Shown: in pieces, positions 19,286-28,818 of the stretch
Layout of the letters: every line of letters begins with the position of its first letter
Numbering within the stretch: the stretch's first letter is position 1
NCBI GenBank assembly: GCA_963798845.1
Contig: CAWCUS010000002.1
Location: forward strand, 128,001 to 192,000
Length of the DNA: 64,000 nt
Origin: an uncultured Gemmatimonadales bacterium
GTDB lineage: Bacteria; Gemmatimonadota; Gemmatimonadetes; Longimicrobiales; RSA9
Reading direction: 5' to 3'
Position numbers and translations under genes: made by a program
Notes under the pieces: generated by a model
What the model was told of the DNA's origin: nothing
Database searches by the model: none
Seen by the model: only the letters and a program-made list of their open reading frames with translations

Positions 19286-20023
19286 CTACAGCCAGTGCTG
19301 GAAGAGGACCATGCTGATCGCGGCCGCGCTGGCCAGGCTCGCCACCGCCGCGCGCGTGCCCTGGTGGAACGCTTCCGGGAGCAGCTCCACGAGCACCATG
19401 AACACCATGGCGCCCGCGGCGAACCCCAGACCGTATGGCAGGGCGCTCCGGAACGCCTCGACGAAGAGAAACGCGGGCACGGCCATCACGGGCTGCGGCA
19501 GCGACGATATGATGCTCCAGCCCGCGCAGCGGGCCACGCTCACACCCTGCGGCCGGAACACGGCGCTGATCGCCACACCTTCCGGGATGTTGTGGATGGC
19601 GATGGCGATCGTGATGAGCGCGGCGAGGGTCATCCCGCCGCCGAAGGAGACGCCCACGGCCACACCCTCGGAGAACGAGTGCACGGTCATCACCACCATC
19701 ATGAGCAGCATCTTCTTCGCGCCCTCGCCACGCGCGGCCTCGAACACCAGCTCCTCCTCGTCGCGGTCGCCGAGGATCCGCTGCGTGACCAGGATGAAGA
19801 GCACACCGACGACGCCGCCCACCACCACCTCCACCCTCCCGTAGCCCGACCCCTCCGACACCAGCCCGAAGCTCGCCCCGAGCATCAGCCCGGCCGCCAC
19901 CGCGTTGGAATACGCGATCAGGCGAACGGACGGCCGGCGAACGAAGGCGAAAGGAAGCGCGCCGAGACCCGTGGCGATCGCCGTCGCCAGGGCGTAGAGG
20001 AAGACCAGGACGACCGTGCTCAC
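19286..20023 (-). CDS. ZIP family metal transporter (GufA/ZupT-like)
   Basis: ATGLGALP, AAGLMLGAS, VHSFSEG, IHNIPEG, FAAGAM...ELLPEA; GTG overlaps the upstream ZIP stop. Confidence 0.9.
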   Translation of the reverse strand: MSTVVLVFLYALATAIATGLGALPFAFVRRPSVRLIAYSNAVAAGLMLGASFGLVSEGSGYGRVEVVVGGVVGVLFILVTQRILGDRDEEELVFEAARGEGAKKMLLMMVVMTVHSFSEGVAVGVSFGGGMTLAALITIAIAIHNIPEGVAISAVFRPQGVSVARCAGWSIISSLPQPVMAVPAFLFVEAFRSALPYGLGFAAGAMVFMVLVELLPEAFHQGTRAAVASLASAAAISMVLFQHWL

Positions 20024-20748
20024 GGAATGTGCCCGCCGAGCAGGACCACCAGCCCGAGGGCTACCATCGAGACGAGAGCGATGCTGGTGCTGCCAGCCTG
20101 CCGGTAGGACTCCGGCAGGAGCTCCACCAGCACCAGCTGGAACAGGGCGCCCACGGCGAAGCCGGTGGCCAGCGGAAGGAGCGCCGGGATGGCGGAGATC
20201 ATCGAGAAGGTGACCACCGCCAGCAGGACCTGGTTGATGTTCGTCGCCAGGGCGAGACCCAGCGACTGGACCACAGAGAGGCGCTGCCGCGTCAGCAGCG
20301 AGCTCAGCACCATCGCCTCGGGGATGTTGTGGACCGCCAGCGCCAGAGCCATCGAGATCCCCAGCGGGATCGAGACCAGCATGGCGACGCCGATCGCGAT
20401 CCCCTCGTGCGCCGCGTGGAGCGTGTCGGCCAGGATCACCTTGTAGCCGTGCTCGATGCTGTCCTCCTGTATGCGGTCGAGCTCGGCCGTTCCGGTGAGG
20501 GCGTGCGTGGCTCGCACGAAGCCGATCCCCACCACGGCACCCACCGCTCCCGCCAGCAGCCCCGTCTTCAGCCCGGCGGTCAGGAGCATGTAGGCCACGC
20601 CGAACATCAGACCGGCGGCCACGGCGTTCGCCCAGCCGATCACCGAAGTGCGCGGGCGGCCGCCCAGGACCTGCGGCAGCACGCCCAGCATGGCTGTGAA
20701 CGAGGCCACGGCCGAGTAGACGAAGACGGTGACAACCGGGTTGCGCAT
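20020..20748 (-). CDS. ZIP family metal transporter, divergent paralogue
   Basis: AAGLMFG, LHAAHEG, VHNIPEA, FAVGA...ELLPES. Confidence 0.82.
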   Translation of the reverse strand: MRNPVVTVFVYSAVASFTAMLGVLPQVLGGRPRTSVIGWANAVAAGLMFGVAYMLLTAGLKTGLLAGAVGAVVGIGFVRATHALTGTAELDRIQEDSIEHGYKVILADTLHAAHEGIAIGVAMLVSIPLGISMALALAVHNIPEAMVLSSLLTRQRLSVVQSLGLALATNINQVLLAVVTFSMISAIPALLPLATGFAVGALFQLVLVELLPESYRQAGSTSIALVSMVALGLVVLLGGHIP

Positions 20749-20998
20749 CGGCACGGAGGTATTGTGGCACCCGCCCGGGCATTCCGCGAGAGGCGCTTGC
20801 TGCTCATGACGCCGTGGAGCGGGCGGCTCGGCGCGCACCACGCGACGCACCGGCCGGCACCCGCGCGGGCCCCCCGGCGCCGTTCCTGCATGACGACGCA
20901 CCGGAACCCGCGCGCGGAACCCGCGCGGGCGGGGCACTCCAGCGCGCCGGTCGCCGCTGGCCCGCGACGCTCTGACCACCACATGGCTCGACGACCCA

Positions 20999-21818
20999 AT
21001 GACGATCCGATCCGCCCTGGCCGCCGCTCTCCTTCTTTCCGCTTCCGCCTGCGCGGGAGGCACGGCGGGCGCGCCCGGCCGGACCGGCGCCCGGGATGAC
21101 GGCGAGGGGCGTCCCCGGGTTCGACACCCGCGACTACCCCGGCGAGGATGCCCTCACACGCTGGCGCGAGCAGTCCCCCTATCGGTGGGTCGGGTTCTAC
21201 CTCGCCGCGCCCTGCTACACCGGCACCAGCTGGCAGGGGAAGCGCACACGCCTCGAGGCAATGGGGTGGGGCCTCGCCGTGATCTTCGTGGGAGAGCAGG
21301 ACTGGCCCCAGCACGTGGGCCCCACCCCCGACAGCGAGGCCACCGCGCCTTCGTGCACGCGCGGCAACGTCTCACCGCAGAAGGGTAGCGCCGACGGCGC
21401 GGCCGCCGTCCGTGCCGCCGCCGCCGAGGGGTTCCCGGACTCCACCGTCGTATACCTCGATGTCGAGCGAGTGGACAGCGTCGCCGATCCCCTGGTGGCC
21501 TACGTGCACGCATGGGCGGAGGCGCTCCTTGCGGACGGGCGATTCCTCCCCGGGCTGTACGCCCACGCGGGCAACGCGCCACGGCTCCTCGACGCGGTCG
21601 AGGATGCCTTCGGTGCCGCAGGCCGCACCGGGCCGCCGAGCCTCTGGCTGGTGGACACCACCGGTTTCAACCTGCGTCGCGCCCCGGCCGAGTCCGGCTT
21701 CCCGGACGCTCGGGTATGGCAGGGCCGCCTCGACGTCCGGGAGTCGTGGGGCGGCATCGAGCTGCCCATCGACGTCAACGTCGCGGCGTCGAGCGCACCA
21801 TCGCAGGGAGGAGGCTGA
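20999..21818 (+). CDS. DUF1906 (Rv2525c-like glycoside hydrolase) lipoprotein; +1 frameshift between ~21070 and 21096
   Basis: Lipoprotein signal (LLLSASAC) in the 20999 frame; catalytic domain GFDT..YPG, WVGFYL, VYLDVE, PGLY, WQG..D in the 21096 frame. Confidence 0.78.
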
Positions 21819-21914
21819 GCCAGGGGACATCGCGACCCCCCGGGCCCCATCCCCGCTCCGGATGGAGGCCTGCCCCGCAGCCCGTGCTCCGGAGCAGGCC
21901 TCCCGCAACGCCCG

Positions 21915-22475
21915 CTACTGCCTCACCGTCTGGGCTTCGATCTCGATACGCACCTCGTTGCCCACGAGCAGGCCGCCGGTCTCCAGCGCCTGGTTCCACT
22001 TCAGGCCGAAATCACGCCGGTCGACAGTCGTCTGCGCGCTGAACGCGGCCCGCTCACCGCCCCACGGGTCCTGGTTCGTGCCACCGAACACCGCGTCCAG
22101 CGTCACCTCCTTCGTCACCCCGCGGATCGTCAGCTCCCCTACCACCTCGAAACGGCTTCCCGGCTCCAGCGCCGCGCCCTTCACCCGAGTGCTCACGAAC
22201 CGGATCTCCGGGTACTCCTCGGCGTCCAGGAAGTCCGCCGAGCGCAGGTGCGCATCCCGGTCCTCCGTCCCCGTATCGATGCTCGCCGCCCCGATCTCCA
22301 CCTCCACACGGCTCGCCCCGGGGTCGTCCACGTCGAGCTCCACCGCTCCCGTCACGTCCGGGAACTGGCCTCGCACCTTCGTGATCATCATGTGCTTCAC
22401 CGTGAACTCGACCTGCGAGTGTGCCGGGTCGATCTCCCACGTCGTGGTTCCCACGGTCATCTGAGTATCACCCAT
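21915..22475 (-). CDS. yceI: YceI family polyisoprenoid-binding protein
   Basis: W.IDPAHS.VEF.VKHMM, SIDTG...RD.HLRS.DF, G.LTIRGVTK, DPWG..R, RRDFG..WN; GGAGG RBS. Confidence 0.92.
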   Translation of the reverse strand: MGDTQMTVGTTTWEIDPAHSQVEFTVKHMMITKVRGQFPDVTGAVELDVDDPGASRVEVEIGAASIDTGTEDRDAHLRSADFLDAEEYPEIRFVSTRVKGAALEPGSRFEVVGELTIRGVTKEVTLDAVFGGTNQDPWGGERAAFSAQTTVDRRDFGLKWNQALETGGLLVGNEVRIEIEAQTVRQ

Positions 22476-22500
22476 CGTGCCCTCCAAGCTAGGATCAAAG

Positions 22501-22519
22501 ATTCTCTGTTTCGAGATAA
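22501..22519. promoter_or_regulatory. Putative MhqR-type operator upstream of yceI
   Basis: Minus strand reads TTATCTCGAAACAGAGAAT; shares TTATCTCGAA with the palindrome upstream of the marR gene. Confidence 0.6.
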
Positions 22520-22525
22520 CTACCG

Positions 22526-22556
22526 AAAAAAAACCCGTCGAACGAACGGCCCGTTT
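22526..22556 (-). terminator. Possible weak intrinsic terminator after the marR gene
   Basis: Short imperfect stem (CCGT/ACGG) followed by T8 on the minus strand. Confidence 0.3.
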
Positions 22557-23107
22557 CATCCCCCGGCCGGGCTGGCCGGCTCGCCCGCGCGCCTCGTGAG
22601 GGTCCCGGCGGCGCCGGAATCCGGTGCGCGGAACCCCGTGCGCGGGGCCATGCGCCCGGCGTCGCCCGGCAGCGGTCGCCGCTCGGCGCCCAGTCCCAGG
22701 CGCTTCAACAGATCGGCCGCCTCCGCCTTCTCGGCGGCCGTGAGCTCGCCCTGCGCCGTCGTCAGCGCGGCTGCGTGCTCGGGGAAGATGCGGTCCAGCA
22801 GCTCCTCGCCCTCTGCCGTCAGCTCGGCGTACACCGCGCGACGATCCTCCGGGCACGGGCGACGTCGCACGAACCCCTTCCGCTCGAGACGGTCGATCAC
22901 GTAGGTGATGCCGCCGCTCGACTTGAGCACCGCGCGCTGGAGTGCGCCCACCAGGAGCGGTCCCTTGTGGTACAGCGCCTCGAGTGCCGCGAAGTCGGCC
23001 AGGGAGAGTCCATGGCGCGCCACGTCCGCCTCGGCATGGGCCGTGAGGCTGGCGTGAGTGCGGCTCAGGATCACCCAGAGCCGGAGAGCTGTCTGGCAGT
23101 CGTCCAC
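22556..23107 (-). CDS. MarR family transcriptional regulator, MhqR-like
   Basis: L.LW..LSR...HGL...FA.LE.LYHKG...L.SSG.ITYVID.LE.KG...DRR resembles Bacillus MhqR as recalled; GTG 23107 with GGAGG RBS. Confidence 0.88.
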   Translation of the reverse strand: MDDCQTALRLWVILSRTHASLTAHAEADVARHGLSLADFAALEALYHKGPLLVGALQRAVLKSSGGITYVIDRLERKGFVRRRPCPEDRRAVYAELTAEGEELLDRIFPEHAAALTTAQGELTAAEKAEAADLLKRLGLGAERRPLPGDAGRMAPRTGFRAPDSGAAGTLTRRAGEPASPAGG

Positions 23108-23122
23108 CGGACCTCCCGCGGT

Positions 23123-23144
23123 ATTATCTCGAACCAAAGATAAT
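23123..23144. promoter_or_regulatory. Palindromic operator ATTATCT-N8-AGATAAT (MarR/MhqR autoregulatory site)
   Basis: Perfect 7-bp inverted repeat, AT-rich in a GC-rich background, directly upstream of the marR RBS; contains TATCTCGAA. Confidence 0.7.
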
Positions 23145-23234
23145 CCGTCCGGGCGGGTCGGTCAAGGGGCGGGGCAGAGGAAGGAGAGACGGGCCCGGGT
23201 GGTGCAGTCGGCGCGGGTCTCCAATGTTGAGCGC

Positions 23235-23912
23235 ATGGAGAACGATTTCTGGGAGGATCCGGAGCGGGTGGCGCGGTTCGGGGAGCGTGAGCCGGACCAC
23301 CGGCTGAAGGCGCTGGCGGAGGAGTACGCCGAGCCGGCGTCGACGCGTGTGCTGGACCTGGGGTGCGCGGGTGGTCGGAACACCGTGATGCTGGCGCGTC
23401 TTGGGTTCGACGTACAGGCGCTGGACGCGTCGCGGTCAATGGTGGAGCACACGCGGGCGCGCCTGGCGGAGGTCGTGGGGGAGGAGGAGGCGGAGTCGCG
23501 GGTGCGGCGGGGTCGCATGGACCGCCTGTCGGCCTACGGAGACGGGATCTTCGACGTCGTCGTGGCGCTCGGTGTGCATCACAGTGCCTCGACGCGGGAA
23601 GAATGGGAGCGTGCCGCGGACGAGCTGGCGCGGGTGGTGGCGCCGGGAGGGACGGTGCTCTTCAACCAGTTCACGCCGGAGGTGGACCTGACGGGCCGCG
23701 GCGTCCGGCCGGTCGCGGGGGAGCCGGGCGTGTACGAGGGCATGCCGTCGGGACGTGGGGTGCTGCTGACTGCGGCCGAGCTGGACCGTGCGATGGCGGC
23801 GCGGGGGCTTTTTCCCCGGGTGCCCAGCGAGACCGTTCGAGTGCAGCTCGAGGAGGGTCGTCGGGTGAGCGTGAACGCGCTGTACGAGAAGGTCGGCCCC
23901 GGGGCCGGATGA
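23235..23912 (+). CDS. Class I SAM-dependent methyltransferase
   Basis: VLDLGCAGGRN, ALDAS, FDVVVA.GV.H, PGG motifs. Confidence 0.85.
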   Translation: MENDFWEDPERVARFGEREPDHRLKALAEEYAEPASTRVLDLGCAGGRNTVMLARLGFDVQALDASRSMVEHTRARLAEVVGEEEAESRVRRGRMDRLSAYGDGIFDVVVALGVHHSASTREEWERAADELARVVAPGGTVLFNQFTPEVDLTGRGVRPVAGEPGVYEGMPSGRGVLLTAAELDRAMAARGLFPRVPSETVRVQLEEGRRVSVNALYEKVGPGAG

Positions 23913-24207
23913 CCTACCCCCGGCCGCGTCGAAGGGCTCCGGGTGGCTGAGCTCCGCTTCGTGGTTTCCGGTCAGGTCAGCAGGTGGAGTGAATGAGCGC
24001 GCCGACCGGCCAGAGCTTGGCGTCCTTGAAGACGCGCCCGTCCGCCAGCTCGATCCGGCCCCAGGCGTCGGAGACAATGCGGGGGGAACGCGCGTGCGGG
24101 CTCAGGTCTTCACGATGCGTGAGCGGGCCGGCAGGCTCAAGGGGGCACCCTCTTTCACGCTACTTGCGTCGTGGGATCCACCTCAGCCCCATCACCGGCG
24201 GAGGTGA

Positions 24208-25194
24208 GTGATGCGTCCGGACGGAGACACCCTGAAGCGCGGGGCCATGGCGGGCGTGCTGGCCGCCACTGCAGTGGCCGGCTGGTTCCTCCTGGTCGAC
24301 ATCCTGGCCGGGCAGCCGCTCCACACCCCGAACTATCTCGCCGCCGCCGTGCTCGGGCCGGAACGCGTCGGCACGGGGCTCACTGCGGCCACCGTCCTGT
24401 ACACCGTGTTCCACTACTTCGTCTTCACGGCCCTCGGCATCGCCGCGGCGGCGGCCCTGCGCCGCGTCGGCCGCATCCCGGCTCTGCTGCTCGGCCTCGC
24501 GTTGGGGTTCGTCCTTTTCGATGTGATGTTCTACGCCGGCCTGCTCGTGAACGGGGCGAACGTGCTGGATGAGCTCGGCTGGCCGCAGGTGCTGGTCGCG
24601 AACGTGCTCGCGGGCGTCGTGTTCATGGGCGTCCTCGCGGCCACGGGCGTGGTCACGGAGCTCGACTGGGGGGCGGTGCTGCGCAGGCACCGTGCAGTGC
24701 GGGAAGGGATCGCCGCCGGGCTCATCGGCGCCGCCGCGGTGGCGGTTGTGTTCTTCATCTTCGACGCCGCTTCGGGCCGCCTCCTCTTCACGCCCGCGGC
24801 GCTCGGCTCGGCGCTTTTCCACGGCGCCCGCGAGGCCGCGGCAGTACAGGCGGACGCTGCCACCATCGTGGCGTACACCGCGGTCCACGTCGCCGCGTTC
24901 CTCGTGGTCGGGTTGGTCGCCGCGGGTCTGGCCGCCGAAGCGGAACGTGAGCCGCCGGTCGTGCTGGGGATCTTCCTCCTGTTCATCACCTACGAGACCC
25001 TGTTCGTCGGGCTGCTCGCCATCTTTGCCGACTGGCTGCTCGCCTCCCTCCCGTGGTGGAGCGTCGCGGCCGGGAACATCCTTTCGGCGATGGCCATGGG
25101 CGTGTATCTGTGGCGGGCGCACCCGGCGCTCGGGGCGGCGCTACGCGAGAAGGACCGGGCGCTGGAAGCGCCCTCCCCGGCCCCCCGCCGCTAG
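24208..25194 (+). CDS. Integral membrane protein with internal duplication
   Basis: Two homologous halves (G..AG..AA.AVA..F..D...G....TP..L / Y..[FV]H..[VA]F); GGAGG RBS. Confidence 0.75.
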   Translation: MMRPDGDTLKRGAMAGVLAATAVAGWFLLVDILAGQPLHTPNYLAAAVLGPERVGTGLTAATVLYTVFHYFVFTALGIAAAAALRRVGRIPALLLGLALGFVLFDVMFYAGLLVNGANVLDELGWPQVLVANVLAGVVFMGVLAATGVVTELDWGAVLRRHRAVREGIAAGLIGAAAVAVVFFIFDAASGRLLFTPAALGSALFHGAREAAAVQADAATIVAYTAVHVAAFLVVGLVAAGLAAEAEREPPVVLGIFLLFITYETLFVGLLAIFADWLLASLPWWSVAAGNILSAMAMGVYLWRAHPALGAALREKDRALEAPSPAPRR

Positions 25195-26108
25195 GACCCC
25201 GCTTCGCCGGCCAGGATTTGGTCGACTTCCCGCAGGTCGTCCTCGTCGAGGGGCCAGGCCGCGACCGCCGACGCGTTGGACCGCGCCTGCTCCGGCCGGG
25301 TCGCCCCGGCGATGACCGAGGCCACCACGTGGTGGGCGGCCAGCCACGCGAACGCGAGCTCAAGGAGCGTGTGGCCGCGCTCTTCGGCGAACACCGCCAG
25401 GCGGTCCACCGTGTCCAGGCGCTCGTCCGTGAGCCGATCGCTCCGGCCGCCGCTGGTCAGACGGGTGCCCTCCGGCATCGGCCGCCCCTTGCGGTACTTG
25501 CCGGTGAGCAGCCCGCTCGCGAGAGGGAAGAAGGGGATGAGCGCCAGGTCACGGCGGGCGCACTCGTCCAGGACTCCGCTCTCCGGCTCGCGGGACAGAA
25601 GGCTGTACTCGTTCTGCACGCTGACGAAGCGCACACCCGCCTCCTCGGCGGCCGCGTCCGCTTCCCGGATCTGGGCGACGGAGAAATTGGAGCACCCGAC
25701 AGCCCTCACCTTGCCGGCGTCCACCAGCTCTCTGAGCGCGCCTAGCGTGGCGACGATCGGGACGGACGGGTCCGGCTTGTGGAGCTGGTAGAGGTCAATG
25801 CGGTCGAAGCCCAGCCGTCGCAGGCTGGCGTCAGCGGCCTCGCGCACCGCGTCCGGGGCGGCGCCCTCCCTCCAGCCGAACTTCGTGGCGACGACCGCGC
25901 GCTGTCGTCGTCCGCGCAGCGCCCGGCCGAGATACTCCTCGCTGCGCCCGTCGCCGTACGAGTTGGCGGTATCGAAGAAGTCGATCCCCGCGTCCAGGGC
26001 CGCGTGGACCACGTCGGCGGTGGCCGCGCCGTCCAGGCGCGTGCCGAAGTTGTTGCAACCAAGCCCGACGACGGTGACGTCGAGGGTCCCGATGGAGCGG
26101 CGTTCCAT
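25191..26108 (-). CDS. Aldo/keto reductase
   Basis: GLGCNNFG, DTANSY, ATKFG, IDLYQLH.PD, QNEYSLL, PLASGLL. Confidence 0.93.
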   Translation of the reverse strand: MERRSIGTLDVTVVGLGCNNFGTRLDGAATADVVHAALDAGIDFFDTANSYGDGRSEEYLGRALRGRRQRAVVATKFGWREGAAPDAVREAADASLRRLGFDRIDLYQLHKPDPSVPIVATLGALRELVDAGKVRAVGCSNFSVAQIREADAAAEEAGVRFVSVQNEYSLLSREPESGVLDECARRDLALIPFFPLASGLLTGKYRKGRPMPEGTRLTSGGRSDRLTDERLDTVDRLAVFAEERGHTLLELAFAWLAAHHVVASVIAGATRPEQARSNASAVAAWPLDEDDLREVDQILAGEAGS

Positions 26109-26251
26109 GCATTCCCTCCGGTCCGGGTTCGCGACAGTGTTCCGGGGGCGGCTGGCACCCGGCTCCCTCCGTGCGCATCATCCAAGCCGGATTGCGGTTT
26201 CCGCAGCAGGCGAGAACCGCATGATCGGACGGCCGTGGACAGGAGCGTGAC

Positions 26252-27196
26252 GTGGCCGATTTCGCCGTGGAGACCGTGGAGCTCGGGAAGCGGTTCGGGG
26301 ACGTACGGGCGGTGGAAGCCCTCGACCTGCGCGTCCGGCGCGGCGAGATCTACGGCTTTCTCGGGCTGAACGGGGCGGGCAAGTCCACGACGATCCGGAT
26401 GCTCCTTGCGATGATCGCCCCCAGCGCCGGAACCGCGTCACTGCTGGGCGAGCCGGTGCGGCCGGGCGCGGGCCGCCTGTGGCTGCGCGTGGGGCACCTG
26501 GTGGAGTCGGCGGTGGCGTACCCGGAGCTGACGGTGCGGGAGAACCTCGAGGTGTCGGCTCGCCTGACGGCGGTCCGCGACGCCCGGGCGGTGTCACGCC
26601 GGATCGAGGAGCTGGCGCTGGCGCCGTACGCGGATCGACGGGCGAGGACGCTGTCACGGGGGAACCTGCAGCGGCTGGCGCTGGCGCGCGCCCTCCTGGG
26701 TGACCCGGACCTCCTGGTGCTGGACGAGCCGGCGAACGGGCTGGATCCTGCCGGCGTCGTGGAGGTGCGCGAGCTCCTGCGCAGCCTCGCCCGGGACGCC
26801 GGCGTCACGGTTTTCATGTCCAGCCACCACCTTGCCGAAGTGGACCGCCTGGCCACGCGCATCGGCATCGTCCACGGTGGCCGCCTCGTCGAGGAGATGG
26901 GCACGGCCGAGATGGAGGCGAAGCGGGACCGCCGACTGGAGGTGGGCTCGCGCGACCCGGACGCTGCGGCCGCTGCGCTCGAGGGAGCCGGCTTCGGGCC
27001 GGTGGTCCGTGGGGGTCAACCCGGAGGCGGGGGTCGAATCCTGGAGCTGCGCGCCAGGCGGGCCGTGGACGCGCCTGACGAGGTGGCGCGCGCGCTCGTG
27101 ACGGCGGGAACGGCGCCCACCCGTCTGGCCGTCGTGCAGGAGGACCTGGAACAGCATTTCCTCCGTCTGACGCGGGATGCGGGAGGGGTGGCGTGA
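26252..27196 (+). CDS. ABC transporter ATP-binding protein (BcrA/lantibiotic-resistance-like)
   Basis: GLNGAGKST, LSRGN.QRL, LDEPANGLDP, SSH. Confidence 0.92.
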   Translation: MADFAVETVELGKRFGDVRAVEALDLRVRRGEIYGFLGLNGAGKSTTIRMLLAMIAPSAGTASLLGEPVRPGAGRLWLRVGHLVESAVAYPELTVRENLEVSARLTAVRDARAVSRRIEELALAPYADRRARTLSRGNLQRLALARALLGDPDLLVLDEPANGLDPAGVVEVRELLRSLARDAGVTVFMSSHHLAEVDRLATRIGIVHGGRLVEEMGTAEMEAKRDRRLEVGSRDPDAAAAALEGAGFGPVVRGGQPGGGGRILELRARRAVDAPDEVARALVTAGTAPTRLAVVQEDLEQHFLRLTRDAGGVA

Positions 27197-27981
27197 GCGG
27201 ATACGGCGCGGCGCTCGCCGCCGAGACGGTGAAGGCGAGGCGCGCCCGCGTCCTCTGGATCCTCATGGGCGGCTTCTCGATCGCACCGCTGGCGGGCGGG
27301 TTGTTCATGGTGATCCTGAAGGACCCCGATCGGGCCAGGCAGATGGGGCTGATCGGGCAGAAGGCGCAGATCGTGGCGGGAACCGCCGACTGGCCTGCAT
27401 TCCTCGCCCTCCTGGCGCAGAGCGTGGCGGGCGGAGGCCTGATCATCTTCGCGTTCGCCACCGCCTGGATCTTCGGCCGGGAGTTCTCGGACCGCACGGT
27501 TCGCACGCTGCTGGCGCTTCCCACTTCACGGCGGGCCATCGTGGCCGCGAAGGCGACGGTGGCGGCGACGGTGTGCTCCGCAATGGCGGTCTGGGTGTTC
27601 GTTCTCGGTGTGGCCGTGGGCGGCGTAGTGGGGCTGCCCGGCTGGTCGCCGCGGCTCCTGGCCGCGAGCGCCGCGACCATCCTCCTCGTGGCCGGCGCCA
27701 CCATTGCCCTCCAGAGCGTGACGGCGTTCCTGGCCAGTGCGGGACGCGGCTACCTGGCCCCGATCGGCTGGACCTTCTTCTCCCTCGTCCTGGCCAACAT
27801 GCTCGGGGTCCTCGGCCGGGGTGGCTGGTTCCCGTGGGCGGTGCCGATGCTGTACACCGGCGTGGCAGGGCCGGAAGGGGAGGCCGTGGGTGTGGGGAGC
27901 TTCGTACTGCTGGGAGCGACGTCCGTCGCCGGTCTCATCGCCACCTTCACGTGGTGGGACAGGGCGGACCAGGCCGGATGA
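27193..27981 (+). CDS. ABC-2 type permease (BcrB-like)
   Basis: Six TM segments; FGREF.DRT...LL.LP..R.....AK; overlaps the ATPase stop. Confidence 0.88.
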   Translation: MSGYGAALAAETVKARRARVLWILMGGFSIAPLAGGLFMVILKDPDRARQMGLIGQKAQIVAGTADWPAFLALLAQSVAGGGLIIFAFATAWIFGREFSDRTVRTLLALPTSRRAIVAAKATVAATVCSAMAVWVFVLGVAVGGVVGLPGWSPRLLAASAATILLVAGATIALQSVTAFLASAGRGYLAPIGWTFFSLVLANMLGVLGRGGWFPWAVPMLYTGVAGPEGEAVGVGSFVLLGATSVAGLIATFTWWDRADQAG

Positions 27982-28091
27982 CGCGGCGGCTCACGTCCCG
28001 GCGGACGGCGCCGCCACCCCGCGGGCGAACGCCGCCAGCTCGCCCATCGTGTCCAGGCGGTGCACGGTCGAGGGGCGGCGGCGAAGTAGAC

Positions 28092-28277
28092 GTGCTTCTG
28101 CATGGATTCGGGCACGTGTCGGCAGCGCTGGGCAAGGAGGATCGGCGCGGCTTCCTGGAGGCGGTGGAGGAGTACCGCAGGGGGGCAGTGCCGCTGGAGG
28201 CGCCGCTGGCGCTGCTGCGCTCGTGGGCGAGGGAGGGCGCTTCGTCGTGGCTGGCGGCGCAGACCTACCTGGCGTGA
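28092..28277 (+). pseudogene. C-terminal fragment of a YbgA/DUF1722 family protein
   Basis: VLLHGFGHVS..L..EDR..FL..VEEYR.G.VPL.APL.LL........WL..QTYL matches the DUF1722 C-terminal pattern; no N-terminal part upstream. Confidence 0.55.
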
Positions 28278-28771
28278 GCGCGCCGGTGCTGCGGAACCGG
28301 GAGCACGTGCTGCGGACGCGGATGACGCTGCCGCTGTCGCCCGACGAGGTGTTCCCGTTCTTCGCGGAAGCGAAGAACCTGGAGCGAATCACGCCGCGGG
28401 AGCTTGGATTCCGGATCATGTCGCCGGTGCCGGTGGCGATGGGGCAGGGGGCGAGGATCGACTACCGGCTGTCGCTGTTCGGCGTGCCGTTCGCCTGGAA
28501 CACGGAGATCACGACGTGGCGGCCGCCGCACGAGTTCGTCGACAGGCAGGTGAGGGGCCCGTACGCGCAGTGGGTCCACCGCCACCGCTTTCGCGCGACG
28601 CCCTCGGGCACGGAGATCGAGGACGAGGTGCGCTATCGTCTGCCCGTGCCGCTGCTGGGGGAGGTGGCCCATCCGCTGGTGCGGCTCCAGCTCCGCCGCA
28701 TCTTCCGGCACCGGCAGGCGAGCATCCGGGCGATCCTGGTTGACGGGGCGAGAGGCCACGAGGTAGCGTAG
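28274..28771 (+). CDS. SRPBCC/START-fold protein
   Basis: VFPFF....NLERITP, G.RIDY.L, W.TEI..W.PP..F.D.Q.RGPY..W.H.H.F, IF..R. Confidence 0.88.
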   Translation: MSAPVLRNREHVLRTRMTLPLSPDEVFPFFAEAKNLERITPRELGFRIMSPVPVAMGQGARIDYRLSLFGVPFAWNTEITTWRPPHEFVDRQVRGPYAQWVHRHRFRATPSGTEIEDEVRYRLPVPLLGEVAHPLVRLQLRRIFRHRQASIRAILVDGARGHEVA

Positions 28772-28818
28772 GAATCTGGCGATGCCCCTCGTCGTTCATC
28801 TCACCGGAAGCGAACACC

